A DNA stretch of 64,000 bases from Saccostrea cucullata (Eukaryota). The position numbers and the translations under genes were made by a program. The DNA lies in the NCBI RefSeq assembly GCF_032062105.1, contig NW_026939674.1, forward strand, positions 248,001 to 312,000, read 5' to 3'. Positions 1 to 13,902 of the stretch are shown in pieces (the stretch's first letter is position 1; each line of letters starts with the position of its first letter). Below the pieces are notes generated by a model, which saw only the letters and a program-made list of their open reading frames with translations, had not been told where the DNA came from and ran no database searches.

Positions 1-626
1 AGCAGGTCCTCAGACTCCTTTGCTGGAGTGGTCTCTCCTAGAAGGTCCTCCTCAGGAACAAGTCTTGTGTTTGTGACATCACTGTCCACTAGCAGTTCTC
101 CTGATGTGCTTGACCCACCTTCCTGTTCGACTGATCCACTTTCCTGTTCTAGGTCCTCAATGGCCTCATTTTTGGGCGAGAATTCATCCACCACAGGAGT
201 TGTTTCTATATTTCCACTCATATCAACAAGGTTATCATTGCTCTGTCCGTTATTTTCATTAAACACATCCAATTCTGCACTTTTACTGGCACCAGCATCC
301 ATTTCAACTGAACCATTCACTTGATTTTTCTCACTTCCGAGTAAATCTCTTTGATTGGAGGAGTCTAGTCCTAACAAGTCATCAGAATTAGCATGTCCAT
401 TTGTTCCCTCGGTTGACAAAAAATCGTACATAGGATTTGAGGACCCAGAGGACATCATTAAATCTCCTTTCTGGACCTCTGGAACAGAATTCACATCATA
501 TAAAGGGTTCACTGGCTCTGTATCTCCCATATTATCTTGTTGCATAGACAGGGCGTAGAGTGGATTTAAATCGGAACTGGAATTCACAGGTTCTCCGTGA
601 CCATTTGTCGAAGATGTACCGCTAAA
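1..626 (-). CDS. Coding exon (runs off left edge) of an unidentified acidic, low-complexity protein
   Basis: Acceptor ttatcatttcAG precedes 626. The phase-0 frame FSGTSSTNGHGEPVNSSSDLNPLYALSMQQDNMGD...DDLLGLD...EEDLLGETTPAKESEDL stays open to position 1. Phase matches the exon at 9180-9356. Confidence 0.75.
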
Positions 627-3600
627 CTGAAATGATAAATAAAAAAAAATCTGAATCAGACTTGCTGTTCTGTAGTGTTGTAGACAGGACGATGATTCAT
701 CAGATATCTCTCTTTCTCCTCTTCAGCAAAATTGTTTTTCGGGAGTGCTTTCATAAAAACTGCCGACACAACTCTCAATACTCATAATACATCTAATCAT
801 GTTACTTCTCTTATAATTCAGTCAATTTTATATCGACACTGCTCAAGCAATTCTAGATTTTATATTCTTCATAACTGATTTATTTTATACACGAGTCTAA
901 TTCTGTCGTTGTGCCCAATTTCATGAGGCGGGATATTACTAATTTTAAAGCTGATCATTCAAAGCAGTCAGATAATTGGTAATCATAACAAAACACAAAC
1001 AGAGCCAGAAAATAACTGGTTTCCTCTCCCTGACCTACATTGTGTCAAAATTCACCAAAAATATATAATTAGCTCCAAAAATGTTTCTGACATGTGCTAA
1101 AGCTTTTTCCCCCTGTATTTAATTTTAAATCAAACCTAAAACATCTGGAATACTGGTAATCTGAAATCGTAAAAAAAAAAATGATGCCTTCTCTTTTCAA
1201 ATCAAAATCTAGTCTAGCTCCCATTCATAAAGATCTCTGAGAAATCACTGGCAAAGTACTTACAGTTACAAATCGTGACACAGACAGACGCAGCAACAAA
1301 GAGCACTCACTTGTGTACTTTGAAGTGGTTCAACCTCAGCTGATCAAAATCGGAAAACAAAATTTTGTGCAGGCAGACGTTAAACAGTTATCAACATCAC
1401 CACTCTAATGCATCATGGGGGAAACTGAAGGTGGCATTCAACCAAAAGGTATGCGGGATGGTTAATTCAGAAGACCACATAACTCAAATTCCATTCAGTG
1501 AACATGACAAAATTCATTCCTTGCATTTTAACATGTTTCTCTACTTTTTAGCAAATTAGATTGGACACAAACCATATTTATCCATCTGCTCTAGCAAATT
1601 ACACATGTAACTGAAAAATGGGGGAACAAGACCCTTTATCAAAAGATCAGTTATCAAAGAATTCACCAGCATATGTTTGTTTATTTTTGTGTGGGCAGAG
1701 ATTCCATGTTCCTGTGCCACTTTGGATCAATTTTTTTTTAAAAACAGTTTAAATTTGTAAAAGATTTATCTTGTCTAATAGAATGTGTCACAAAAGTTTG
1801 ACCAGTCATCTGTCTTTATTTCCTTTTATCCCTACAATGATGGAGCATCTTCGGTTTATTTATAAATAAGAGAGGCATTCATGAAACTTTATAACAGATA
1901 ACCATTATTCCTATTTCAGAGAAATAACTCATGTAATTTTCTTATAACTCTATACATTCTGCTTTGTCAACCCTGGGGCCTCATAATAGCCAACTATACT
2001 TCAGAAAGTACTTGAATGTTATAAATACTTATCAAACATCCCCTGAATAAGTTACGATCAACTTGTCCCATTTTAACCTGGCTCTATTTTCCAGCTACTT
2101 ATATCCTCTTACTCGCACCTTTCAAATCTTTTCATACTGCATACATAACATGCTCAGATAAAAATCTCCGCTTTTGAACAAAATTATGAAACATTTCTTA
2201 CTTTTAATTTTACACCGATTCACAGAGATAAAGCAAAAAAGATTACTTGCCGAGAGAAGTCTACACCTTCTTTAGAAAAACGACAAAAAAGTGTAATAAT
2301 TGTAATTTAACTCCACTAAATAAAATGCGGAATACATTAACATGTACCTGTCTGAAATTCCTCACCTGTCCCCAAATAAATCAAAAACCATTAACCAGCA
2401 ATTCGACCCTTCGCACATTCCACAGAAGAAAACAACTTGGTTAAAAGCAAAAAGACATAAGCTTGTAAACAGAAAATCCCACCTATCTGTCTCACAATGG
2501 GACAAGAAGAAGAGAATTGGTTAAGTAAAGCCTGTATTTGCCTGTATTTTGTGTCATACACTGAAGGATATGTGGTCAATCTGGGTGTAAATGAATCAAC
2601 TGTCAATACCTGCAGACATAATACACCTGAGTTTTTTTTATTCTTGTGGTCAAGATAAAAAAAATCATATTCATAATCATATTCATAATTTGATCTCAGT
2701 CCAACACATACACTGATGTAATTATTGACTAGCAAGTCACATTTCCATAGAAATATAGTTATCATGAATACTAGATTTTTGCCAATGGTTTTCAGATTTC
2801 TTGATTTGATATTGAATAGAGGAATATAGCAAACTTCCATTCTGGATACCTTTTATGTCAACATCTTCAAAATCTAAATCTTGCATATTAGAACATCATT
2901 TTTCTTCTTTCACCATGAATTAAGACGGAGACCTCCTAGGAATGATTTAATTAAAACAACATTGTCCAATTCATTTATCAAAAAAGAAATTCTTGACAAT
3001 AAATCATAATTTGTTGACCCATTTTTCAAAGTTATAATTTTTTGCCAAATACAAACTACGTAAATAAATATACCTGACTATAAGCTCACCATCCTTTCTC
3101 CTAAATTTTTTTTATCACCAAAGCAATCTTTCATTGTTAAAAATTCTTTAAACAATTATTTCATTTGCATTGCTAATTCTTTTTTTTTTTTATCTACTAC
3201 TTAGCCATTGTCAGAAGATAAGTAGGATTAATTATCTGTCTTATAAATACCTTATAAATACCTTACCTCACTGATAATCTTGATAAGATTCAGAATTCTT
3301 CTCCATCAAAACAGTTCAAACATGTAATATACTGTTATATATAAGGCCAATAATTTGTGGTTCACAGGCTTGAAAAAGATTTCAATACACATTTCGAGTC
3401 AAATATAACCGTCGCATGTTCAATGACCTTTGAGAACACTTATTAATCATCTAGACTTCTGATACATATCTTTTGTAGATAAATGACTTAATGTCTGCAA
3501 TCTTAAGGTATCTTGTCCAACCTATCTTTGTTGTATATCTTTTTCAATACTTCAATGTACACAAAGAAAGTCACACATTATTATCTTTGGGTGTTGTACA

Positions 3601-3925
3601 TGTCCAGAGCCTAGCTTGACTCTTGATGGTTTTCTCTGTATACTGGCTCTTGTAAATAATTCATATTGAAATTCTTGAAAATCAACAATTCTGACGACTT
3701 GTCAGAGACTCAGATTGCATAAATTACATCTAAATTAATGAAATTAATGACAACTATTTGAATGAAACAATGCTTGGAAAATTCTAACAAGTTACCATTT
3801 AAGTTTTTGAAACTAGCCTCTAGGAGGTACTATGAACGCAGAGCTCTCAAATGGTGGCCCCCACCCACCAATCCCATATTCATGTAAGAATACTATATAG
3901 TGAATCAAGGATGCTTATGCCATTA

Positions 3926-4353
3926 CTATACATTTACTGACCGAGTTCGAGGGCAACATGCGTTTTGTTGGACCCAAGAACAAAACTGTCTGAATGAGGC
4001 CGTTAAGCTGAAGGCAGACAGTTTGGTTCGAGGGTCAACAAAATGCATTTTGCCTGAGAACATAGTCAATAAATGTTTCGTTATACCTTTCATTTTAATT
4101 TTTTTGACATACATGTATTTTGTACTGTCTTCCATGATGTAACCTGAGGTTTGTCACTTTTGAACACCAAAGAATGAAAATGAGATTAAGCTCCATCCAT
4201 TCTGTGATGTACGCGGTCCAACATTTCATCGACCGGTCCAACATCTCACTCAGCAGTTCAACATCGATTTTTTTATGCCCGTTCAGGAAAACATTAGAAA
4301 TGTTAGACTTTTTTGTACAGATTTGTATAGGAAAAAATTTTTAAAAGTATAAC
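3926..4353. mobile_element. Non-autonomous Crypton-like element
   Basis: About 62-bp imperfect subterminal palindrome (3930-3992 vs 4015-4076), followed by gttatacctt, which is inverted at the far end (aaagtataac, 4344-4353). No coding capacity. Confidence 0.6.
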
Positions 4354-7300
4354 AATATATATTTCAAGCAGGGGAAGAGTTTTGAAGACTGTATGGGTTT
4401 TTTGATGGCTTTAGCCTTGTTTTGCCCCACCATTCTGATCAAGGGTTTAGGGCCATGAAACTCCCAATTTCTGATCCCCCTCCATCAAAAGATGGTTGAA
4501 AGTGGTTCACCAATTCAGACGAAAAGCTGAAAACATTAAAAAGTTTATTGCACAATGGCTGCACAATTCCATCAGGCATCTATACCAGTAGGTCAAGTTA
4601 CTCAGGTGAGCTTCTCATCTTGCAGACAGTATTGTCCTTTTCATTGTAACAGTTACAATGGGTTTTTTTTCCTCAATGAGCCTAAATATTATTGATGTTT
4701 TTTTGAATGAACCAGTCTGGCAGGAAGCAAATTAGAAGGGCTAGCTATTATGTAATTCTGAATGCAGCTCAGAAACCCATTTCTGGTCTGAGCAATCTTA
4801 ATTAAGTGGTAGTTATGCCACATGCGACTTTTTTTCAGGTTCTACCCTGCATCTGCACACATTAATAAGCTTATTTTCGTAAATCTCTTATTCATTACCC
4901 TATTTCTTTCCCTTATTTCCATTTTATAATTTCAAACAGAAATTTGTCACAAAGGCACTTCAAACACATGCTTTTAATATTTACAAGAACATAAAGTCCC
5001 TTGGTCTCAAAGCTAATTTGCTAAAAAATGAAGTTTGACAAATTCTTGTGCTCTGTACTTATTTCATCATTATGGCCTACAATGCTCTTTTTAATTAAAA
5101 GATCTGCATAACAGCTCTGAGGAATTTGGGTTCTTTCATGTTACATTCTTTGCCAAATTGTGGAAACTACCATGAATCACTCTCTTTGCTTAAGTTATTC
5201 TTAGACAATGATGTTTATTTTGGTTCGTGTGCACCAGTACACTAATTCCGTAATCTATATCCGTCTATATTCTGTCTTTTCCTTCCATACGGGTGACAGT
5301 TAGCAATCTTAAATCAATTCAGACAAATCTTTTTCCCCTAGCTCGTTTATAAAGCTATTTTTTACACAAAAGTTACCTTCAGACCATTTGAAAATTTAGC
5401 AGCAGTGGGTGTACAAAAATTTCAACATCAGCAGCCAACTTGCAGCAAAAAATTCCATAGAAATCTTATTTTGAAAAGTATTTTGGAAAAAAAAATTTTC
5501 AAACAAAAAAAAAATTTAAGGATTTTTTTTTTACTTACAGTGCAAAATTTGTGAAGAAATTTGAGTTTGATTGTTTATGAAATCCACAAAAAAACAACAG
5601 AAGCCATGCATCATGGAAGAAAAATTTTCCCTAGGAATTGATGGATTCTGACTCATGTTGTGATGAAACCTTGAGGGAGAGCTGGGCTTATCTAGCGCCA
5701 TATGTTATAGAAGAAAGGATAAGTGGAATATACTGTACTGAAACTGATATTCCAGGGTTACTTGAGTTTATATTTAATCCTTTGACAAAAGAGTTTACAT
5801 GATACTATTATCTTTTTCAAGATATATTCAAGAGCAAAACAGTGTATATATATGGACATGTGAAAGTACTCCATGAGTACATTTTCTACTGTAATCTCTT
5901 GCAAGTCTTCCATGCTTTGATACTCATAATTACTTCAGCATACCCTTATACATAATCAGAGATCTACAAATTTCTTTATCCTTGACATGAGTATTTTTTT
6001 ATGAGAAGAATTTTAAAAAATAACAAAAAGAAAGGGTTTTGGTTTGGGACCAACTCCATTTTTACAGAGGCTGATCAAAAAGGTTTGAAATCTTTTGTAT
6101 GTATTACTTCTTCCTAGGTAACATCTATATTGCAAAGGAATTCAATTTCAAACCCAGGTGGCTCAAAAAAAAAAAGGTCAAAGGTTCTGCCACTCTCTAT
6201 TGAAAATAAATGTGGCCAATGGTGACCAAAAGAACTACATGTAGTAGAAAATATTCAGAAGTCAAGAAATGCTGTAAATTTTTGACCAAACAAACTCCAT
6301 AAGTATCCCAGTATTTTTTAATACAATAATGTTCTATTCTCAGACAGGTAACACATAAACATAACACCCCGATATTTTGACAGGTTACATCACTTGATGT
6401 ATTGAAAATCTGCATGAGTTGTCTGTCACATTTGAGAGATGTGCTGTTTTTGTGATATTCCAGTATTACGGCTAAATACAGCAAATCTTCAACATCACAC
6501 CCTGGTAATGAAATATAGTCTGATAATATTGGCTTAAGCCAATTTTTGGACCCACATTGCCAAGTTTTCAGTGCTGGTTATGTAATTTTAACTGCAGATG
6601 CTGAGCAAACAACTACAAAATTACCAAATAACCCACTTCATTATAACTGCAGCCAAAGTATCAGTTTCTAATGTACCATTTACCAATTATACTCATTAAT
6701 ATAAGCTAGGAGTATATTAATGTAGCAATGCACAGAACATTAGGGTTCTCAATAAAAACAGTTTAACTATACATAAACAGTTTTGATCAATATTTCACTG
6801 TCACTTTTAAACATAAAATGATATTTTCTTGACTCAAGTTACTTTCACAATGCATAATAATTACAGTTCACACCTACCAATCTATCTGCTGAAGAAAGTT
6901 ATAATACTTACTCAAATCACTGTAATCATGTATATCCCTTTCAAAACCTTTAGCAGACAGCCTACAAATCATGCCACAGAATAACTAGGTCACAACCCCA
7001 GAGGACACACCCCTTTCCTGAGAGTTGTTCAGTCTGTCCACTCACCTTTTGTTTGTCAACAAGTTAAAATTCCAGGGTCTTATGACAGCTAGGTATAATT
7101 TCCTTTGAAGAAAAGAAAATAAAAAGCTCCTCTCTTTTTAACCCACAACAGAAGAATCTAGCAGACATGCATCAGAATTTGAGGGGTACTTGAAACTTAC
7201 ATCTCTGGTGGACCAATCACAAGTGTTTGCAATCTCAGGAGGGGGGTTCCAAATTCTTATCTCCTTATGGAAAAGCAAGAAAAACTCATTTCTTCCAATG

Positions 7301-8599
7301 CCTCTACTGCCGAGTTAAAAATTCAGGTCACACATCAAGAAATTTTTGTTGAGCATAGAACCTACTGAGGCCCCCTTAGGGGTGATAACAAAGTTTCAGA
7401 AATATAACCCCTTTATTTGAGAACTTCTCGCTTAGCCATATTATGCAAGATGTAATTAGAGAACAGTTAGTGCTTGTGTCAAGGAAGTGGTTTTCTTGAG
7501 CCTGAAAGTAATATGAAACACCATTTCCTTGCCTTATAAAAACATTAGCATATATATACTGATGTATTGCCCTGAGTGTAGTCAAGAAAAGGCTGATGTA
7601 TTATACTGTGCACACAAAGACAAGATTATTAGAATACACATACCCTTGTTTATGTGTATTTAAAAAGCCCATCCCTCTCTTTATGTGGTTTTAAAGTTGT
7701 GACAGTGTAACTATAAAATGTACAATATAATGCTTGCTATTTTATACACAAAGTGTGCTAATGGGATAAAAGGTATTTGTATCATTAAGATATCATTAAT
7801 GGAAAAGTATTGGAAAACTTATATTGATAAAACTTGGGTTTCTTCTTAGACTGCCAGGAATGTAATTAACTGATAATTGAAAATCTAGAGGAACTCTCTC
7901 ATTTGTAAACAACTTGAAACTTCAAGTCCGTATAAATAATTTGCAAGCAGCCAGGCGAAAAATCCTATAACAAAATAAAAACACACACTCGTATATAAAT
8001 ACCAAAATTTTTAAATATTGATTTCTTCATGAGATTATACATTGTTTTTTGTGTTTTTAAAACTGAAATCACAGAGAAACCTGAAACAAATATGTTCCCA
8101 GATCATATATTTTTCACTTGAAATTTTTTTAAAAAGTTTTTGTTGTATGTCTCGCTGGAGATGTTTGTGAGATAAGGAGAGACCCTTATCTCACTGATAT
8201 TCCTGCTGAGTAGTCATTCACACACAGAGACAGAAAGAAATTGATGGATCTGATAAGATTCTGAATCTGCAATATTGAAGAGTTACCTCCCTTCCAATAC
8301 ACAAAATGCTACCCAAACACTCTCTTCATAAAACAACAGAAAGCTGGGCAAAAAGAATTAATACACACCCAAAAGTAATTTGTTTACCATAAAACATCAG
8401 ATTCGAAGGAGAGAAACAATAAAAACCATCAGAGTTAATCAAATCATTCTTTTGATGATGTGGGGAAGGCATTTTGCTTCATAAGAAAAACAGCAAGTGC
8501 TGGTAATTAAATAATTAATTTTGATTAAGGGCTTCAGTCAGTTCTTTTAATTTATTGTGAAAATCTCTAATTTTCAATATAATCATGTAAAGAAATGAC

Positions 8600-8852
8600 C
8601 AACAAGAGGCCTAAGAAAATTTTAAAGAAAAATTTATAATTCTTTATATGTATATCTTTTATCCCTTGTTGTGGCCCCAACACCTACCCCCCCCCCCCTC
8701 CACAAGTATCATGATTGAATCTATATTATGTATTTTAAATAAAACTTTCCCAAAAGTTTTCACCTTTTCTGGCACAGTGGTCTAGAAAACCAGATTTTTA
8801 AAAGATGACATTAATTTTTCACTAATTCTGTATTACTCCCCTTAAAAGAGGG

Positions 8853-8887
<35 letters not shown>

Positions 8888-9030
8888 AAAAAAAGAATGC
8901 TTTTCGGCAAGTTTAATTGAAATTGAAAGTCAAAATGTGAAAAATTTTACAGATGACACACAACACAACAGATAACAGACAGACCTTTCCATCAAAAAAG
9001 CTCTCTTCAGTCTTTGGTTCAGGTGAATAA
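8600..9030. mobile_element. Degenerate Helentron-type non-autonomous element (HINE) remnant
   Basis: aacaagaggcc start, one decayed 166-bp-type unit, GACA-like microsatellite and a decayed gctc...ttcaggtgaa terminal hairpin. Same layout as 19133-21545. Confidence 0.6.
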
Positions 9031-9179
9031 AGTACAGTAGAAAATTTGACTAGTAGCAGTTGCTACTTGTAAGTTACTGTGAGCTAGGTTTTCAAAACTC
9101 CAAGAAAAGTGACACATCACAAACTCTTCCCTTGTTATACATGCAATAAACTACGAAGTAATACATCCAATATTTTTAC

Positions 9180-9356
9180 CTGTGTATCAAAGTTAAATTC
9201 CCCCAGTAAATCCATCCCTGATCCTCCCTTAGCATCCAGGGGGGAGGGGCTGCCAAAAGGGTCGAAATCGTCCGTCATTTGGTTGGTGGTTGACTTGGAA
9301 TCCCCGGTATTGGAGTCCCCAAAGTCTAGTAGTGAATCAAACTGAGACGCCATCAT
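9180..9356 (-). CDS. Start-codon exon of the same minus-strand gene (MMASQFDSLLDFG...DDFDPFG...MDLLGEFNFDTQ)
   Basis: Acceptor ttgcAG precedes 9360, ATG at 9356, 59 codons, phase-0 donor CAG|GTAAAA at 9179. The ATG lies 4 nt into the exon, so an upstream 5'UTR exon is implied. Confidence 0.7.
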
Positions 9357-10452
9357 TCACCTGCAATTAATTAATGAATCATCACCTCTCTGTCCATTAA
9401 CGACTCTCGAGGGACGTACTTATTGTCAGTATAATGAACTATAGGGAAGTGCAATATGAGAAATGATTCAAATCTATGGTGCCATATACTATCATTAAAT
9501 TTTCTTCGGCTTTCAAATGAACATCAACATATCTCACATAAAATTCTGTAATTATCTTTTTTAAATAAAATTAATCAGGATTAATTTTTATGAATAAAGG
9601 GAAATAACTCTTATTGGTGTTTCATTCACCACAGCAAACTGACTGATTACTCATTTCATTTGTTGAGGAGGAAGAATCATTCAATCCCCCCCTTAATCAT
9701 CCCCTCTCCCTCCTATGAACAATAATTGCTTGTTTACCCTTAGTCTGAGGCATGTTACAGACCGAAATCAGCACATCTGATCATACATCAGACAAAGGCA
9801 TGCCTAAACACAGATAGATTCTCAAAAACTTCAATTTATTATTTTCTCTGACAAAATTCCCCGGCATTCTGCCAAAAATGTCTGATTTCACTTCAGGCAA
9901 AAAAAGAATGGGTAAACGGAGGAAATAAAATAACAAAAACTTCAAAGCCTTCATCTACTAAAAATACATTCTTCCTGTGAAGCTATTATAATGCTTATTA
10001 TATCATACATATTATATTTCTATATCACAAGTTTTTGCAAACAATGATAATTAAGTGATGGAAAGAGTATGCCACAATTGGACTTTTTTGATGGTCGGTC
10101 AACAATCTAAAAATTGCCAATAAGAGGGAAGTCGTTAACCTGCTAATTGCTACACAAGAACATAACTAACAATTGTAAAAGGAAACTTTCAAGGTTATTA
10201 ACTGACTGCTTTTCATAAACATGCACATTATTGTTTTGATTGAGAGTGAGATACGAGCAATTCTAGGATCTCTGGTTCATCTCACATAAATCATAAATCT
10301 ACACCTAGTAGATGGACTTACTATAAGTCATATGGAGAGAATTCAGTAAGAATTACATGTTAAAGTGACAGGATGTGGTAAAGCTGGCAGATGGTTCAAA
10401 AATCTCTGGCAGAAAAAATAAAAATCCAAAGATTATTCAGAATATATTTGTT

Positions 10453-10813
10453 TGTAACAGGAGAGGAAAAAAATGCAGTGGACCACACCAGGATTGGAGC
10501 CCGGGTCCATGAATCTCTATTCAGGTGCTCTACCAACTGAGCTACCCAGCCACTGGTGATCAAACCAGGCTGACTGCCACATTCCTCCCTCCTTAAATGT
10601 CTTTGGTCCCTCAAAGACCCCAACCCAGGCTCATCCCTGGCAGGCATCCCACCTGTCAATTCCAGGGCACAGCACAGCACCAAATGTAACGGGAGAGGAG
10701 AAAGTGCAGCGGGCCAGACCAGGATTCAAACTCGGGCCCCCTGAATCTCCGGTCAGGTGCTCTACCAACTGAGCTATCTGGCCACTGGCGCTTGAAGCCT
10801 CCTGACCATCAGA
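10453..10813 (-). mobile_element. tRNA-in-LTR miniature LTR retrotransposon (Helenus/TRIMp3 type), copy 2
   Basis: LTRs at 10685-10813 and 10453-10581, each with a tRNA-like A/B-box sequence. PBS TGGTGCTGTG and PPT AAGGAGGGAGGAA on the minus strand. Flanks tgtt/tttt (3/4 match). Confidence 0.85.
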
Positions 10814-10874
10814 TTTTCAATTAAAAACCCAACTTCATCCAAAACCTTAACTTTATTTTAGTATCTGTACCACA

Positions 10875-11228
10875 GTGGTAATCAGGTGGGATCACTGGTG
10901 GCCAAATAATTAAGTCGGTAGAGCATCACACTATTGATTCAGGGGACCAGGTTTGAATCCCAATCTGATCCATCACATTTTCTCATTTCCTGTTACATTT
11001 GGTGCCGTGCCATGCTCTAAAAGTGATACTTGAAAGAACTGCCAAGGAAGAGACTGGGTTGGTGTCTTTCGGGGCCAAAGACCTTCAAGCAGAAAGGAAT
11101 GTGGAGGTCAGTCGGTTCAATTGCCAGTGGCCAGTTGGTACTTCCATGGAAGAGCACCTGACTGGAGATCCAGGGGACCTGGGTTCAAATCCCTGGTCTG
11201 CTGCATTGTTCTCTTCTCCTGTTAAACA
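10875..11228 (+). mobile_element. tRNA-in-LTR miniature LTR retrotransposon, copy 3 (more decayed)
   Basis: Decayed LTR ending ...tgttaca (10998), PBS tttggtgccgtgccatgc, ggtgtctttcggggccaaagacc hairpin, purine tract, second LTR tgtggaggtcag...ctcctgttaaaca. Confidence 0.8.
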
Positions 11229-13276
11229 TTAGAGCAGCTCTGGTGTCCTAGAGAGATCTGAATCAATCTGTCTAGCTTAACACTTCTAGGTAATAAAGCA
11301 CATTTTCCAGGGTCTTTATTTGAAACTAGGCTAGTGTAGGTACAGGCATTTAAACTGTAAAAAATTTCAGAAGGCAATAATTTGCACATTTGAAAAGTTA
11401 TAATGGACAGAAGTGAATATAACCATACTGTCAACTATCTAAAAGTAACAAATCTTTCCCTTTTCAATTTCCTCATTTGAAAAAGTAATGAAAATGTCAT
11501 ACAAAAATGTATGACAAATGGGAGTTTGTTTCCATTTTGACAAGAAGTAAACTGACACGATCTATTCAGTTGCTACATCCTATGGTGCACTTCAAAATTC
11601 CCAATAGTTTTTCCTCTACATTTACAAGCATGCTAAGTAAAGACTCTCATTAACTGTATATGCTGTACTCGCATCTGCCACACCCATTTTTGTGATATTC
11701 TAAAAGACTAGACTTGGTACATGTATACTAAACAACTGGTATAAATAATATTGGATTTTTACCTGAATATTTGCCATTTTAAATTTAATCATTAAAATTC
11801 TTTGAAAAGATCCCTGTATACATGCATGATTCATAAATTCTTCCATAAAGTTATTCAAACAATCTGATAAAATCAATAAAATGCTTTAACTAGGTAACAT
11901 TGCATTTTTACTCATATTCTAATACAAATAAATATTTCTCAACAAACATTTTTCCCCAAATAGTTTTGTTACCTTCCTCGATTTTCTTTATTGTGGAAAG
12001 TACTGATAGTATATCTAATAATAAAGACATTTCATAAGGAAATTCAATCGTTATTCACCTGAAAAAATTATAATATCATATCTATAATGCACTTACCGAA
12101 ATTAGAAAGAAAATTCCCCAAAATAATTCCAAGAAGGCCAGCTGTCCTCCTTCACAATGTACCAGAGGCTTAACCTAACACTGTCCTGACTCTGAGGAAA
12201 TTATTGACCAGTCAATTGAACAATGGCAGTCTGATTCAGCAAGACTTGCACATTCTACAAACAAAGAGAAATTAATGTGTAATTTTTTTTTCACTCCATA
12301 CACTTGTCTTTCATTGATGCCCTGTCAGACTAAACCAATTAACAGCCAGACAGGGGGTCCCAGGATCCCCCTCCTGATGAGAACTGATAATGTGTCTCAG
12401 TGATTCCTACAGTCAACCCCCCTATATCACTTACAGATGGGTTAGACAGACGAAAAAATTACTGAATTGGTTTAACATGACACCTACTTCCTTTTACTCC
12501 ACTTGCATTAAAAAATACATTATTCAAATATGTATGCACCTGTACTTTCATAATCTAAAAGGAAAACAAACTTGTCTTACGATATCAAATAAAAAAATAG
12601 CTCTTTAATGAGTCTGGGCACCCAAACATGCCAAATTCGACAGATGGATTATCAAGGGAATTCCAATTGACTGTCTGCAAAATTTATTGATTTTTTTTCT
12701 TCTTTCATTGACTCATGTTGACTCTATGTGACTAATTTAAGGATGGCACCCCCCTGAAACTGAATGGTTAGGCTCCGGAACCAAATGTTCCTGGGTGATT
12801 AACAGTCATTGGAGGAAAATAACAGTCATTGAGAAGGATATGAAATCATGGGTGTTCACACCTTTCATTTCAAAGAATAAAATGTATAAATGTTAAGAAT
12901 CTCTTTTTTATTTACCCATCAAAATGACAAGATTTTTTTTTTTAGAATTTCACTTATTTTAGGCCATCACGTGCAGGATTGTTTGTACAGTAACAAATGC
13001 TTAAATATTTATCACTGACTTTCCCTGCTGGAATTAGTGGAGATGAACAAATTGATTAAATGTTAACATAGATTATATCCTCTGCCTATGAGAGAAACCA
13101 TATGTCACAGCTTTTTTTTTCTTGTCCTGGCACCGTAGGGGAAGTAAAGTACCTTATATAATAATAAATATCAGCAGAGAATGATGCTGTAGTCCAAAAT
13201 AGTGCAGCTTGCAGAGCCATGAGTGGACATTTCTTTTTTATTTTATGCAGAATATATTTTTAAATGTTTAACCTTC

Positions 13277-13658
13277 AGGTTAAGGTTAGGATTAAGGTTA
13301 GGGTTAAGGTAAAGGCTAGGGTTAGGGTTAAGGTTAGGGTTAGGGTTAGGGGTAGGGGTAGGGGTAGGGGTAGGGGTAGGGATAGGTTAGGGTTAGGGTT
13401 AGAGGTAGGGTTTGGGTTAAGGTTGATTAGGTTAGGGAAAGGTTAGGGTTAATTATGTTAAGGTTAGTGTTACGATGAGGGTTAATTTGGTTGAGGTTAG
13501 GGTTAGGGATAGGGTTGAGTAGGTTAAGGGTTATGATTAGATTTGGGGTTAATTAGTTTAAGGTTAGGGTTAGGGTTAGGTTAAGTTGGGTTGGGTTGGG
13601 TTGGGTTGGGTTAGATTAGGGTTTGTGTTAGGGTTAATTAGGGTAAGGTTAGGGTTAA
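13277..13658 (+). repeat. Interstitial telomere-like tract (TTAGGG with TTAAGG, TAGGGG and TTGGG variants)
   Basis: Directly visible. The tract resumes at 19091-19127, after two inserted elements. Confidence 0.9.
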
Positions 13659-13902
13659 AGGGCACCTTTAGTCAAATATTTTCTTTTTACTAATCATTAA
13701 AAGTAATTTATCTATGGACACATGAAAAATCTGCACCTCTTTATCTGCAGCGGTTTAGCCGATAAAACAATTAAAATTTGACATTTTCTGCCTGCTCACG
13801 GAAACACACGAGCGTGAAAGCTGCAAAAGTTCTCTTATCAGCTGTGGAATGTGAAACGTCACGAATGTGACCGCGAGAGCCTTTTACTTTACAATTAGCA
13901 TC

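Noticed and set aside
13264-13446. RV/RG-repeat ORF
   Set aside because: It is simply the translation of the TTAGGG/TAGGGG tract.
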